Below, in pieces: positions 26,169 through 35,712 of a stretch of 64,000 bases of DNA. Positions within the stretch are counted from its first letter, which is position 1. The number at the start of each line of letters is the position of its first letter. The position numbers were made by a program, and so were the translations under genes. The stretch is taken from the sequence record ON529853.1; one strand, given 5' to 3'. Below the pieces are notes generated by a model that was not told the DNA's origin, made no database searches, and saw nothing but the letters and a program-made list of their open reading frames with translations.

Positions 26169-28892
26169 TCAGCCGAACGAGCCGATCTTGCGGGAGCCGA
26201 AGCGGGTCCGGGAGCCCTTCATCCACTGGAGGGCCTGGGTCATGGCGTCCACTTGGTCATCGTGTGCGCCTTCGGGGAACTGCCCGACTTCCTTGGTGAA
26301 GGCGTCCATCCACTCGGCCTTCTTGGGCAGGAAGACGTCGCCGGCGGTGATCAGCGGGCTGACCTCGTCGAAGCGGAATTCCTTGGACTGGCCCTTGGGG
26401 TCGATGCCGACGATGGGGGCCGGGGCCAGGCGGCGGTGGCTGGTGGTCTGCCCCCGGTTCTGGATGTAGGCGGTGCCCTGGCCCTTGTCTTCGACCAGGA
26501 TCACATCGACGCCGTCCTTGACCGCCTGCTGCTCGATCATCTCGATCATGGCGTCGAACTCGACCTTCTTGCGGGTCTGGCGCAGCAGGTAATACTGACG
26601 GTCGTTGGTCTCGCCCCAGGTCTGCACGACCGTGTAGTCGGCCCGCTGGTTGACCTTGGCGGCGCAGTCGACCGACAGGACGATGCGGCGGAAGTGGGCG
26701 CGCTTGTTCGGGATCGCCTTGCCGTGCTCATCGACATGGCCCTCGGCGCGCTGCTTCTTCAGCGCCTCTTCGGTCAGGTGCGGGGGCCGCTCGTAATACT
26801 GGAAGCGGCCGGCGATCGAGTCGTCGGAGGTCGCGGTGGCGTTCTGCTGGTAGACCAGGGCGAAACGCTGGTAGGACCATTCGGTCTTCTTCGTCTTGAA
26901 GAACGACAGGTCGTAATAGTCCCACAACACGTCGCCCAGCTTGCGCCCGAGCACGTCGGTGTCCTCGTCGATGCACAGGGCCGGGGCCTCGACCTGGGTC
27001 CACTGGGCGTAGGCCGGCAGACGCGGGTTCATCTCCATCAGGTGGCCCGTCAGGTCGTGCTCGTGGAAGCGCGTCATGATCAGGAACATCTTGCCGAAGG
27101 GCAGCATCCGCGAACCGATGTCGCCGACGAACCAGGTGTTGACCTTCTCGCGGGCGGCGGCCGATTCCGCCTCCTCGATCTTGGCGTAGGGGTCATCGAC
27201 GCAGGCGAAGTTGGCGCGGAAGCCGTGAACGGCCTGCCCGGTGCCCTTGGCGACATACTGCCCGCCGTAGCCGGCGATGGCCCATTGGTCGGCGGCGCGC
27301 GTGGCGTAGTCGACCACCACCTCGGGGAAGACGCGACGGAACTCCTGACCGCCGACCAGGGAGCGAATCTTCTTGGAGAACTCGTTCTCGACGAAGCGCT
27401 GGCTGTGGCCGCCGCCGATGATCTTCAGCTTGGGATTGCGCCCCAGGCGCCAGGCGACGAACAGGCGCGAGGCGTAGGTCGAGTTGTGCACCACCACGCC
27501 GTCGGCGGTGAAGGTGTGATCGCCGAACACGGTCAGGCAGCGGCACTCGCCGACGCCGGCGGCCTCGACCATCGCCACCTTGTCCGTCACCTTCGAGCCG
27601 TAGGGCAGGCGCTTGGCGATGAAGTCCGGCTCGTGGCGGCCGTGGAAACTGATCCCGGCGTCGAGCAGACGTTCGATCGCCGGCCCGCGCACCACCAGGG
27701 CCGCGCGGCGGTTCGCCTGCGGATGCTCGACCACGGCGTCGACGTCGTAACGGGCCAGCAGCTTTTGCAGGTCCTGGGCGAAGTCAGCCGACTTGATCCA
27801 GGCGATCAGGGTGGCCTGGCTGTATTTCTTCGGCGTCTCGCCGCGCAGGCGGAAGTAGGTCGTCAGGAAGTGCTTGATCTTCTCGTCGTCGCCCCGGAAC
27901 ACGAACTCGGGCACGCGGCGCTCGCCGGCGCGCTTGGTCATACCGAGTAGTTCCTGGTATGGCCGGGTCGTTTTCGAGCGCAGCCGGATCAGGTGGCGCT
28001 TGTTCGCCGGCACCCAGCGACGGGCGTAGCGGATGCCCAGGGCGTCCAGCACCCGCTCGGCCTCCTCGACATGGGCCAGGGAGGAGAACCACATCTGGAG
28101 GTTCTGGTAGGGGGTGCCGTTCGGCGCGGTCGCGTCGGTGTAGGAGCCGAAGGCGGCGATGAAGGCGGCGAGGGCGAAGACGTCCTTGGGCTGACCGGAC
28201 GTGTCCTCGGGTTTTTCCGGGGTATGGCTGGTCATACCGACCACGCTCAGGTTCATGCGCGGGCGCAGGTTCTGGGCTTCGATCCAGTCACCGTCGACCA
28301 GGAAGGGGTGGTCCGGGGCCGACCAGATCGTGCGGCCCTTCTCGGTCGTGATCTTCAGCAGCGGCAGTTCGCCCTGAACGTGGACCGCCTCGACCTTGCG
28401 GCGGCGGCCGGCGTGGGTGACGACCTCTTCGCCGACCTCGATCTCGCCCAGGGGCTTGTAGGCGCCCGAGCCCATCAGCACCGGGGTCGAGACGTGCAGC
28501 GGCTTGGCGTGACCGGGCGGGCAGTTCAGGATGAAGCGATCCAGTTCAGGATCGTTCTCGATCTTCTGGAGCAGTTCGGTCAGGTAGATGTGCCACTTGG
28601 ATTCCGGCGGCTCATCCGGCGAGACGTATTCGCAGAAGGCGTTGAAGTCGTCGCGCGCCAGCGGCAGCAGCCGCTCCAGGTGGCGCTTTTGCAGTTCGTC
28701 GCCCAGGCCCATCAGGGCGTCGATCTGCTGATTGACCTCCTGGACGCCGGTGATCTTGATGATCCCCTGGCGGGTGTTCTCGGGCAGGATCAGACCGCGT
28801 TCGGCGGCGCGCTTGGCTTCGGCGGCGAGGCTGTGGAGTTGCTTGGTGGCCTGCCGCGCCTTGATGCGGTCGGCGATGATGTAGTCAGACAT
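26169..28892 (-). CDS. terL: Terminase large subunit with intein
   Basis: Walker A PPGHAK|S split by insertion; Walker B FACVDDPY; FLIMTRFHEHD; nuclease SVDCA...ADY and HDDQVDAMTQ. Confidence 0.95.
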   Translation of the reverse strand: MSDYIIADRIKARQATKQLHSLAAEAKRAAERGLILPENTRQGIIKITGVQEVNQQIDALMGLGDELQKRHLERLLPLARDDFNAFCEYVSPDEPPESKWHIYLTELLQKIENDPELDRFILNCPPGHAKPLHVSTPVLMGSGAYKPLGEIEVGEEVVTHAGRRRKVEAVHVQGELPLLKITTEKGRTIWSAPDHPFLVDGDWIEAQNLRPRMNLSVVGMTSHTPEKPEDTSGQPKDVFALAAFIAAFGSYTDATAPNGTPYQNLQMWFSSLAHVEEAERVLDALGIRYARRWVPANKRHLIRLRSKTTRPYQELLGMTKRAGERRVPEFVFRGDDEKIKHFLTTYFRLRGETPKKYSQATLIAWIKSADFAQDLQKLLARYDVDAVVEHPQANRRAALVVRGPAIERLLDAGISFHGRHEPDFIAKRLPYGSKVTDKVAMVEAAGVGECRCLTVFGDHTFTADGVVVHNSTYASRLFVAWRLGRNPKLKIIGGGHSQRFVENEFSKKIRSLVGGQEFRRVFPEVVVDYATRAADQWAIAGYGGQYVAKGTGQAVHGFRANFACVDDPYAKIEEAESAAAREKVNTWFVGDIGSRMLPFGKMFLIMTRFHEHDLTGHLMEMNPRLPAYAQWTQVEAPALCIDEDTDVLGRKLGDVLWDYYDLSFFKTKKTEWSYQRFALVYQQNATATSDDSIAGRFQYYERPPHLTEEALKKQRAEGHVDEHGKAIPNKRAHFRRIVLSVDCAAKVNQRADYTVVQTWGETNDRQYYLLRQTRKKVEFDAMIEMIEQQAVKDGVDVILVEDKGQGTAYIQNRGQTTSHRRLAPAPIVGIDPKGQSKEFRFDEVSPLITAGDVFLPKKAEWMDAFTKEVGQFPEGAHDDQVDAMTQALQWMKGSRTRFGSRKIGSFG
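27483..28502 (-). mobile_element. 340-aa intein, Pro-initiated (class 3-like), with degenerate LAGLIDADG domain
   Basis: Starts PLHVSTPV; block B SAPDHPFLVDGDW; block F ECRCLTV; ends VVHN followed by Ser. Confidence 0.9.
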
Positions 28893-28896
28893 GCTG

Positions 28897-29133
28897 TCAG
28901 TAGGTCTCGTGGGTGTCGAGCGCTACGGCCGCCAGCAGGTCGTCGACGTGAAAGATGAGGTCCGCATCGCCGCGTTGGCGCGTCAGGTGACGAATGGTGC
29001 GGAGGGTGTTTTCCAGCCGCAGGATGCGGCGGCGAAGGCGCGAGGCGCGGAGCATCAGCCCCGCCACCCCGATCAGGTAGACCGCGCTCAGGGCGAGCAT
29101 CGTCCACAGGAACGACGGCGGCAGGTCAGGCAT
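28897..29133 (-). CDS. small membrane protein
   Basis: N-terminal TM helix; TGATG coupling with terS. Confidence 0.65.
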   Translation of the reverse strand: MPDLPPSFLWTMLALSAVYLIGVAGLMLRASRLRRRILRLENTLRTIRHLTRQRGDADLIFHVDDLLAAVALDTHETY

Positions 29134-29825
29134 CAGGAGAAGTCCGGCTCATCGAAGGCTTCGAGCGGCTCCAGGGCGTCCAGCTTGCCCATCACGTCGG
29201 CGGCGCGCGCGTCGTCCATCAGGGCGACGTCGGTCTCCGATCCGGTGGTCAGCTTGCGGTCGCTCGGCGCGACCCGTTCGGTCTTCTTGACGTGGCCCTG
29301 GATCAGTTCCATCGCCGTCTCGTGACCGAACTCGCGGCTCAGGTCGGCCTCGGACTTCTCGGCCTGGGGCAGGGCGTTGATGGCGTCGCCCAGCATCACG
29401 TCCAGCTTGTCCAGGTCGAAGGACTGCGGCACGCTCGATCCGGTGTCGTCGCCCTGGCCGCCCGAGAACATGCCCAGGTCCTTGCCGATCAGTTCCAGGG
29501 CCGCGTTGGACTCCTTGAACTGTCCGTCGGCCGCCGCGTTCTGGGCGTTCTCGGCCAGCTTCTGGATGACGAAGGCGCGGCTGACGCCGGTCATCTGCCC
29601 GACGACCTTGGCGGCCTCGACGGCGGCGAGCCGCTGGGATTCACGCTGGGCCTTCTGTTCCTCGAACAGTTCTTCGATCCGGGCGATGACGTCCGGGTCG
29701 GTTTCCAGGTGCTGGGTGGAGGAGCCGGGCGCATAGCCGGCGGCGAGCGCGGCTTTCGCGGCGTTCATGCCCTTGGCGCGGTGGCGCGCGTAGAGTTCGT
29801 TGCGTTCGTTGGCGAGTCTTGCCAC
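29133..29825 (-). CDS. terS: Terminase small subunit
   Basis: N-terminal HTH (GMNAAKAALAAGY...DVIARIEEL), helical oligomerisation region, upstream of terL. Confidence 0.75.
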   Translation of the reverse strand: MARLANERNELYARHRAKGMNAAKAALAAGYAPGSSTQHLETDPDVIARIEELFEEQKAQRESQRLAAVEAAKVVGQMTGVSRAFVIQKLAENAQNAAADGQFKESNAALELIGKDLGMFSGGQGDDTGSSVPQSFDLDKLDVMLGDAINALPQAEKSEADLSREFGHETAMELIQGHVKKTERVAPSDRKLTTGSETDVALMDDARAADVMGKLDALEPLEAFDEPDFS

Positions 29826-29834
29826 TATGGTTTA

Positions 29835-30086
29835 CTACTTCGAAAGGTCAGCCAGCTTTCGGGTCAGCTTGCCAATACGGATGTTGATGTCGAGGAAGGC
29901 TTCGTAATAGAAGGTCGCCTTGTCGCGGTTCTCTTCGATCACTTCATCGGACACGTCCTGGAACACCAGAGACACGACCGAAGATTGGAATGAGGTGAAG
30001 GCGTCGGCCGTCAGTTCCGCCCGGTCCTGAAGCGCCTTGATCTCCTTGCGGAGTCGCTGGCGCTCGGCGCGGGCCGTATCAGGCAT
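29835..30086 (-). CDS. hypothetical coiled-coil protein
   Basis: GAGG RBS before MPDTAR. Confidence 0.7.
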   Translation of the reverse strand: MPDTARAERQRLRKEIKALQDRAELTADAFTSFQSSVVSLVFQDVSDEVIEENRDKATFYYEAFLDINIRIGKLTRKLADLSK

Positions 30087-30567
30087 CGTCCTCGGCCGCG
30101 CCGGCGTCGACGAAATCGACATCGACGTTGACCCGGACGCCCTGGGCGCCCAGGGCCGCCAGCACCTCGGACAGATTGACGGTCGAGCCGTCATCCTCGC
30201 CGTCGTCATCCTCGTCGGGCGGGACGTGATCGACGCCGCAGCCGATGTCGGAGACCGACAGCATGTCCTCGGGGATGATCGCCTCGACCTCTTCGGGCTC
30301 CTGGTTCTCCCACATCTTGTGGAAGCCCATCGGCACCTTGATCGGGATGCGCACCCGCACCAGCATCATGCCGCGATGGTCGAGCACGCCGACCGGGGTG
30401 ATGATCGGTTCGCGCGGGTCGTCCACCAGGTGGTCGGCGGTCCAGGAGATCGAGCCGTCGTCCGAGGGGATCGGCCCGCCGCGCGGCCGTTCGGCCAGGT
30501 AGCGCCGCAGCGGCTTGCCCGAGAACTCGCGCACGGCGGCGCGGATGGCGGTGGTGTAATCGGTCAC
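30079..30567 (-). CDS. hypothetical protein
   Basis: GTGA coupling with resolvase gene. Confidence 0.7.
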   Translation of the reverse strand: MTDYTTAIRAAVREFSGKPLRRYLAERPRGGPIPSDDGSISWTADHLVDDPREPIITPVGVLDHRGMMLVRVRIPIKVPMGFHKMWENQEPEEVEAIIPEDMLSVSDIGCGVDHVPPDEDDDGEDDGSTVNLSEVLAALGAQGVRVNVDVDFVDAGAAEDDA

Positions 30568-31076
30568 AGGCTCGGGAACTCTACCAGGGTCAGGGGTTGC
30601 GGCGGCGCGGTCCGCAGAACTTGCAGCACGGCGTAGAAGGCGATCATCGCCGCCTCGGCCCGGCCGTCGTCCTTGGCGCGCGAGAACAGGTCGTAGGCGC
30701 AGGGGAAAACCTGCATGGCCCGGCGGCGCGCTTCGTTCTTGTCCTTGGGCGTCTTGGTCAGCGTCTTCCACTCTTGCGGGCGCACCTTGGTCAGCATCGC
30801 CCGGCTGGCGGAGGCGCCTTCCAGGATTCCCAGGTTGCGGCCGAAGTTGAACGCCGAGACGACGCCCATCTGCGGGCTGGACCAGACGTCTTCGATGTAG
30901 ACGTGGTCGGGCGCGGTCGCGTCGAACAGACGCGCGACGCCGGCCGGCGACACCGCCTCCTTGCCGCCCTTGCCCGGCTCCTTGGGCATGTCGGTGATGG
31001 CGACGGTCCAGACCTCGGTGTCGATCAGGGCCAAGGCCCCGTTCTTGCCGGGGTCGATTCCAATGATGCGGCTCAT
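30564..31076 (-). CDS. ruvC: RuvC-like Holliday junction resolvase
   Basis: IIGIDPG, VYIED, FNFG, PQEWK, DDGRAEAAMIA motifs. Confidence 0.9.
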   Translation of the reverse strand: MSRIIGIDPGKNGALALIDTEVWTVAITDMPKEPGKGGKEAVSPAGVARLFDATAPDHVYIEDVWSSPQMGVVSAFNFGRNLGILEGASASRAMLTKVRPQEWKTLTKTPKDKNEARRRAMQVFPCAYDLFSRAKDDGRAEAAMIAFYAVLQVLRTAPPQPLTLVEFPSL

Positions 31077-31618
31077 GCGGACGCTCGCGGGACCGGGCGC
31101 ATCAAGTCCTCCAGTTCGGCCTCCACGCCTTGACGCGTCGTCCGGTCGTAGAAGGAGGCGCGCTGGCCCTTGTAGTCCGCCAGCAGCCGGTCGTAGCGGG
31201 CGCGCAGATCGATGAGAGCCGCGTCCAGTTTGACGTTGCGGTCACGGGCGAGGCGAAGCTGCTCGGTCGCGTCATCGACGAGCGTCGGGTCCTGCGCCGC
31301 CAGGCGGGCGGCGGAGCGGCGAATGATCTCCATCGCGTTGGAGTCGTCGTTGGTCTGGGTGGCGAAGGGCGGATCGTCGCGCAGGTGCGGCCCCAGGGCG
31401 AAATCACCGCGCCGGACTTGGCTCTGCTTGATCATCTGCCAGGCGAGGTCTTCCGCGTAGCGGTGAATGGTCTCGTGAAAGGCCGTCAGGTCGTCCTGGC
31501 GCAGGCTCGACAGATCGACGCCGTCGGGCATCTCGACCGACACGGTGAACCCCCGGTCATGGGTGGCGATGGTGTAGTGGCTGCCGGGCGTCGAGCAGGG
31601 CGTCTTCAGGCGGCTCAC
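31073..31618 (-). CDS. hypothetical protein
   Basis: Coupled operon gene. Confidence 0.7.
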   Translation of the reverse strand: MSRLKTPCSTPGSHYTIATHDRGFTVSVEMPDGVDLSSLRQDDLTAFHETIHRYAEDLAWQMIKQSQVRRGDFALGPHLRDDPPFATQTNDDSNAMEIIRRSAARLAAQDPTLVDDATEQLRLARDRNVKLDAALIDLRARYDRLLADYKGQRASFYDRTTRQGVEAELEDLMRPVPRASA

Positions 31619-31782
31619 AGGCGTTCCGCCTTTTCTTCGAGCGCCGCGATCGCCATCTCCAGGGAGAGGATTTCAGAGTGGCTCATGTGATGTTCGGCGA
31701 GGGCGCGTTTCCACGCGTGGAGTTCCACGATGGCGGCGCGTTTGGCGTCGAGCGACGCCTGGGGGCGGTCGAGGCCGGTCAT
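31615..31782 (-). CDS. hypothetical 55-aa protein
   Basis: ATGA/GTGA overlaps at both ends. Confidence 0.6.
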   Translation of the reverse strand: MTGLDRPQASLDAKRAAIVELHAWKRALAEHHMSHSEILSLEMAIAALEEKAERL

Positions 31783-32003
31783 GCGAAGTCCTGCCCGAAG
31801 CGCAGGGACAGGCGGTCGCTCTCGGTGTTGTCGTCCTGCTTCTGCTGCATGCGCAGGAAGGCGGCCTCGAAGGTCAGGCGCTGCATCTCGGCGAGATAGT
31901 CGCGCAGGACCTGGGCGTCGGGCGAGCCGGCGGCGTCCAGCGCCTCGACGTGCTGTTCGATCAGGGTCCGGCCGGCGGAACGGATGGCGGCGCTGTCGGT
32001 CAC
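31779..32003 (-). CDS. hypothetical protein
   Basis: GTGA coupling. Confidence 0.65.
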   Translation of the reverse strand: MTDSAAIRSAGRTLIEQHVEALDAAGSPDAQVLRDYLAEMQRLTFEAAFLRMQQKQDDNTESDRLSLRFGQDFA

Positions 32004-32167
32004 CAGGCGCTCTCCTCGGCCCGCACCTTGTGGGCGATCTCGGCGTATTCGTCGGTCGGGTCGTAGTCGGCGTCGAACTCGTCGAAGGCCTTGTTGAGCA
32101 CGCGCAGCGGCGGCGTCAGCACCTGGACCGGCGAAGGGGCGGGGCGGTTAACCTTAACGGCGGTCAC
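32000..32167 (-). CDS. hypothetical 55-aa protein
   Basis: GTGA coupling; contains an isolated 12-mer at 32147. Confidence 0.6.
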   Translation of the reverse strand: MTAVKVNRPAPSPVQVLTPPLRVLNKAFDEFDADYDPTDEYAEIAHKVRAEESAW

Positions 32168-32739
32168 GCGGCGGTTCCCTTGCGCGCGGGCAGCGTGCTC
32201 ACGCCGTGCTCGTCGGTGGTGATGTTGGACACGACCCGTTCGGCCAGGACCCGGCGCGGCTCGCCGGCCTTGACCAGACCCTCGAAGCCCTGCACCAGGG
32301 CCGAGGCGTAGCCGTTGTCCACGGCGATGACGGTGCCGGCGCGCAGCTTGTCGTTGTGATCGGCCCAGACGATCTGATGATGGGACTTGCCGGGGAAGCG
32401 GAAGCCGGTGCGCATCGCCCATTCGGCGGTCTCGATCCGCAGAGAGAAGGCGAGGCTGTCGGTGACGTCGCGCAGCAGCAGGGCCAGGGCCATGTCGGCG
32501 GGCCAGGAGAATTCGTTCTTCAGCACCAGCGCCATGCGGAAGCCGTCCGCGCCCGCCGCACGCAGGGCGGTGGTGACAGCAGCGGTGACCTCGGCGTCGG
32601 GCAGCGCCGGGATGCGGGGCTTGAGCCAGGCCTGGAGGCCGTCGAGGTGGCGACCGATCGCACGGACGACAACGCAGTCAGCAAGGGGATCAGGACGGGC
32701 GTCGCCTTCAGGGGGCGTGCGCAGGAAACCGTGGGCCAT
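32164..32739 (-). CDS. hypothetical protein
   Basis: First gene of operon; TTGACA at 32814-32819 on minus strand. Confidence 0.7.
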   Translation of the reverse strand: MAHGFLRTPPEGDARPDPLADCVVVRAIGRHLDGLQAWLKPRIPALPDAEVTAAVTTALRAAGADGFRMALVLKNEFSWPADMALALLLRDVTDSLAFSLRIETAEWAMRTGFRFPGKSHHQIVWADHNDKLRAGTVIAVDNGYASALVQGFEGLVKAGEPRRVLAERVVSNITTDEHGVSTLPARKGTAA

Positions 32740-33077
32740 GAGGCGGGAGAACTCGGCAGACCCCGGAGGTGGGTTCTGTTACGAGGCCGATTTCTTACAT
32801 AATTTCCGCCGTCTGTCAAGATTTACGGCAGTCAGAGTCAGCCTTAACGGCAATCGACCCTGCAAGCAAGGGGTTTGTCGATCGCGCACGCTGACGACCG
32901 GCGAGACCACCGCGAAGGCGGCGACCAGGGATTTACGAGCCCTGAGGAACAATTCTGAATTGTTGGACTCTGAGGACCAATTACCCTCTCTCCTTACCCC
33001 CCATACTGCAAGTTTGGGATATTATTAATGAAAGAGAAAGAAAGAGAGGAAGCGACTTTAGCCTCGTCATTCTCTAT

Positions 33078-33367
33078 CATTAAACGTATCCCAAAATGGT
33101 AATAGAAGAGATAGGGGGTAGGGCAGGGCAGTTTAGCCCTTGGTGTTCGTTTCCATTAAACGTATCCCATAATCGTAGTAGTAGTGGTAAGGGGTAGGGC
33201 AGGGTCTCTCAGGCTATGGTGTTCGTTTCCATTAAACGTATCCCATAAACGCTGTAGCAGCGGTAGGGGGTAGGGCCTATGTGTTCGTTTCCTTTAAAAC
33301 TATCCCAAAATAACGGTGGATACTGGTGTGTGGTGGGCTTCCATACTTAGCCTTTAAAACTAACCCA
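33078..33367. repeat. Iteron-like repeats C(A/T)TTAAA(C/A)...TATCCCA in an AT-rich segment
   Basis: Cores at 33078, 33154, 33230 (76-bp period), 33292, 33352. Confidence 0.85.
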
Positions 33368-33458
33368 ACATTTCCCTGGTGTATCCAAGGGACCTCCAGG
33401 CAGCAAAAAGCCCCAGGCGGCGAACCTGGGGCCTTGAGTCGGACCACCGTCTGGAGGT

Positions 33459-34655
33459 CTAAGACATGCGCGCTTCCCGGTAGGCTTCGATCTCCGACAT
33501 GCGCATCGCGTCGGGCGTTTCCCGGTTCGGTCGCAGCTTCTCCCCACGGAAGTCGAGCATGAGGACGCCTCGGCTCGCCATCACCGGGTCGATCCCCAGT
33601 TCGCGGGCCAGTGTCTCATAGAAGCTGACCGGCGCCCAGCAGTGGATGTTGATGCCGCAGCCGATCTCGGGGCTCTCGAACCGGTCCAGCAGGTCCAGCA
33701 GCAGCGACAGGCCTTCACGGCTGTTGCGCCGATCCTCGCGGAAGTCCGCCACCTGGTCGGTCGTGGCCCCCTGCTCCAGCATGGCGTCGACCTTGGCCTG
33801 GGTCTCGCCGGCGAACCAGTCGTGGGTCTCGCGCTTGATCGCCTGTTGCTGCATCAGGGCGTAGAGGGCGGCGGCGACCTTCGGCTTGCGCACGAAGTCC
33901 TCACGCTTGATCCCCATGGAGCGCCGCGCCGCATTATAGACCGCCCCCACCTGGACGAAGAAGTCGTCACGCGCCGCCGACTGCTTCTTCTCGTTGCCGC
34001 CCAGTTCGGCGACGGTCATCTTGACCATCAGGCCGCCGAAATAGCCCCGCAGGGTCATCTGGTTCAGTTCGTCCTGGGGCAGGTTGTAGAGGCCGATGCG
34101 CAGCAGGTCCTGGCGGATCACCTCGCTCTCGCGCAGCAGCTTCTTGATCTGGGCGTAGCCGGTGGTGTCGCGGGGATCGTAGGCGGTGCGCAGCGCGTTG
34201 TCTTCGGCGGTGTCGGTGCCGTAGCGGCGGCGCGTGGCCTGCTTGCGCACCTGGGTGAAGTCCTCGCCGGCCGGGCGCAGCCCGTGGTCGTCCATGATCT
34301 CGGCGAAGGTGGCGAAACCACCGCGTTTACGGATGGAGTCCAGGATCGACTGCTCGATCTGATCGGCCATGCCCAGCCCCTTGCGGTGGAAACCACCGCT
34401 GACGGTGTAAGCGCCGCGCCGGCCCTCGATCCGCGTGAGCGCGCCGGACTTCCACATGTTGATCAGGGTCTGCGACACCACCTTGCGCCCGGCCGGCGTA
34501 TCCCATTCCTCGCCGAGGAACGGCAGCACGTCCAGCGCACCACCGCCCTCCTCCATCCGGCTCAGCGCGTCAGCGATCGCGCGCTTGAAGACGTTCTGGG
34601 TCACGGGCTTGCCGTGGAGGGTCTTTTCGAGGTTGTCGGAGCCGGAGGTGCGCAT
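33459..34655 (-). CDS. putative DNA-binding protein with winged-helix-like N-terminal regions
   Basis: VVSQTLINMWKSGALTRIEGRRGAYTV and ILDSIRKRGGFATFAEIM patterns; stand-alone gene. Confidence 0.5.
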   Translation of the reverse strand: MRTSGSDNLEKTLHGKPVTQNVFKRAIADALSRMEEGGGALDVLPFLGEEWDTPAGRKVVSQTLINMWKSGALTRIEGRRGAYTVSGGFHRKGLGMADQIEQSILDSIRKRGGFATFAEIMDDHGLRPAGEDFTQVRKQATRRRYGTDTAEDNALRTAYDPRDTTGYAQIKKLLRESEVIRQDLLRIGLYNLPQDELNQMTLRGYFGGLMVKMTVAELGGNEKKQSAARDDFFVQVGAVYNAARRSMGIKREDFVRKPKVAAALYALMQQQAIKRETHDWFAGETQAKVDAMLEQGATTDQVADFREDRRNSREGLSLLLDLLDRFESPEIGCGINIHCWAPVSFYETLARELGIDPVMASRGVLMLDFRGEKLRPNRETPDAMRMSEIEAYREARMS

Positions 34656-34684
34656 ATAAATAGCCTCTATGAATCGCCGTCATG

Positions 34685-34710
34685 TTAACCATGCTGACAT
34701 TCAATGTCAA
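34685..34710 (-). promoter_or_regulatory. sigma70-like promoter overlapped by palindrome TGACAT-TCA-ATGTCA and a TTAACCAT CtrA half-site
   Basis: TTGACA at 34705-34710 (minus); palindrome 34695-34709; TTAACCAT 34685-34692. Confidence 0.6.
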
Positions 34711-34782
34711 GATTATGGGATATAAATAATGTCGCGTAATGGAAAAATAGGCGAAATCCGCCAGACCACCGCCCGAAACGAC

Positions 34783-34830
34783 ATCACTCGTGCGCTTCGC
34801 GCCCTCGTGCCTGCCTCCGGCAGCCCTCCT
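34783..34830 (+). repeat. Twin-hairpin element, copy A
   Basis: ATCACTCGT-GCGC-TTC-GCGC...CTGCC-TCC-GGCAG. Confidence 0.8.
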
Positions 34831-35130
34831 TCGGAACTCCCTGCGGTCGCTACTGCGTGAACCTGTTTCGGTCCAGACCAGACAAGGCCTGGCACGGCTG
34901 GATCGGTTGGATCGGTTGGATTGGTCCCTGCGGGCTCATTCGGTCAAGGCCTGGCACGGCTGGATCGGTTGCTGCGGGCTGTTTCGCTTAAGGATTGGCA
35001 CGGCTGGATCGGCTCTCCGGTCAACACCAGGCATAGCTGGATCGCTGCAACGTCTGGTCGGCTCCACAGCTTCACAGCATGACAACCTTCGGACCTCCAC
35101 GACGGGACGGCCGAACCGAGTCCAGGGCTT

Positions 35131-35180
35131 CCGGAGGACGGCTGGCGAAGCCAGTCACGAGGGGGCGAAGCCCACGAGTG
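35131..35180 (-). repeat. Twin-hairpin element, copy B (inverted)
   Basis: CACTCGT-GGGC-TTC-GCCC...CTGGC-TTC-GCCAG on minus strand. Confidence 0.8.
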
Positions 35181-35450
35181 GAGCACTGTCATTTTTCACG
35201 GCGGTGGTTGACAGCACCACCGGCAGTCCGTAGACAACCTGGGCCGGGAGCGTTCTGCTCAGTCCGTGACCGGCTCTGGAAGAGAAGAGCGGCCGGCCCC
35301 TCCCGTACGAGGATGCTGGTCGCTCCGATCTCGCGGGATCAGGCTTTCCTGAACTTTCCTGAAATGTATCCCAACATTCCGAAGGGGTCCCGCAGGACCA
35401 CCGCCGTGTAGAATGCAGGACCACCGCCCGCATAATGCGCCAGGTCGAGC

Positions 35451-35548
35451 ATCACTCCTGCGCTTCGCGCCGTCGTGCCCGGCTCCGCCGGCCGCACCTC
35501 CGGTCGCCCTATAGGATAAGGCCCGGCACTCGAACGCAGGTCGAGCCG
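35451..35548 (+). repeat. Twin-hairpin element, copy C
   Basis: About 100 bp near-identical to copy D. Confidence 0.85.
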
Positions 35549-35712
35549 GCCGCAACGTCAACACGGTGCCCGACAAGGCTCGGCACAGCCGTGTGATTGC
35601 TTGGACTTTCCTGAAATCTATCCCAAAAAATCGCAACAGCCTTCACGGTCAAACCAATTTTCAACCGACTCGGGCTCACGCCGGCCTTGTCCTGGAGGGG
35701 CCTAGTCGGCCC

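Noticed and set aside
26007-27950. 647-aa plus-strand ORF and similar long antisense ORFs (e.g. 5510-6604, 33642-34688, 47930-49171)
   Set aside because: Shadow frames of GC-rich genes on the opposite strand; no RBS or motifs
33078-33367. CRISPR array (GTTTC...AAAC-like repeats at 76-bp period)
   Set aside because: The intervening sequences resemble each other (GTAG...GGGGTAGGGC), the period decays to 60-62 bp and no cas genes are present; treated as tandem iteron-like repeats
33015-35625. TATCCCA as host DnaA boxes
   Set aside because: Does not match the 9-mer TTATCCACA/TGATCCACA; treated as a phage-specific motif
34790-35636. ORFs over the hairpin/GGCACGGCTGGATCGG repeat region
   Set aside because: No RBS and repeat-derived sequence; more likely non-coding
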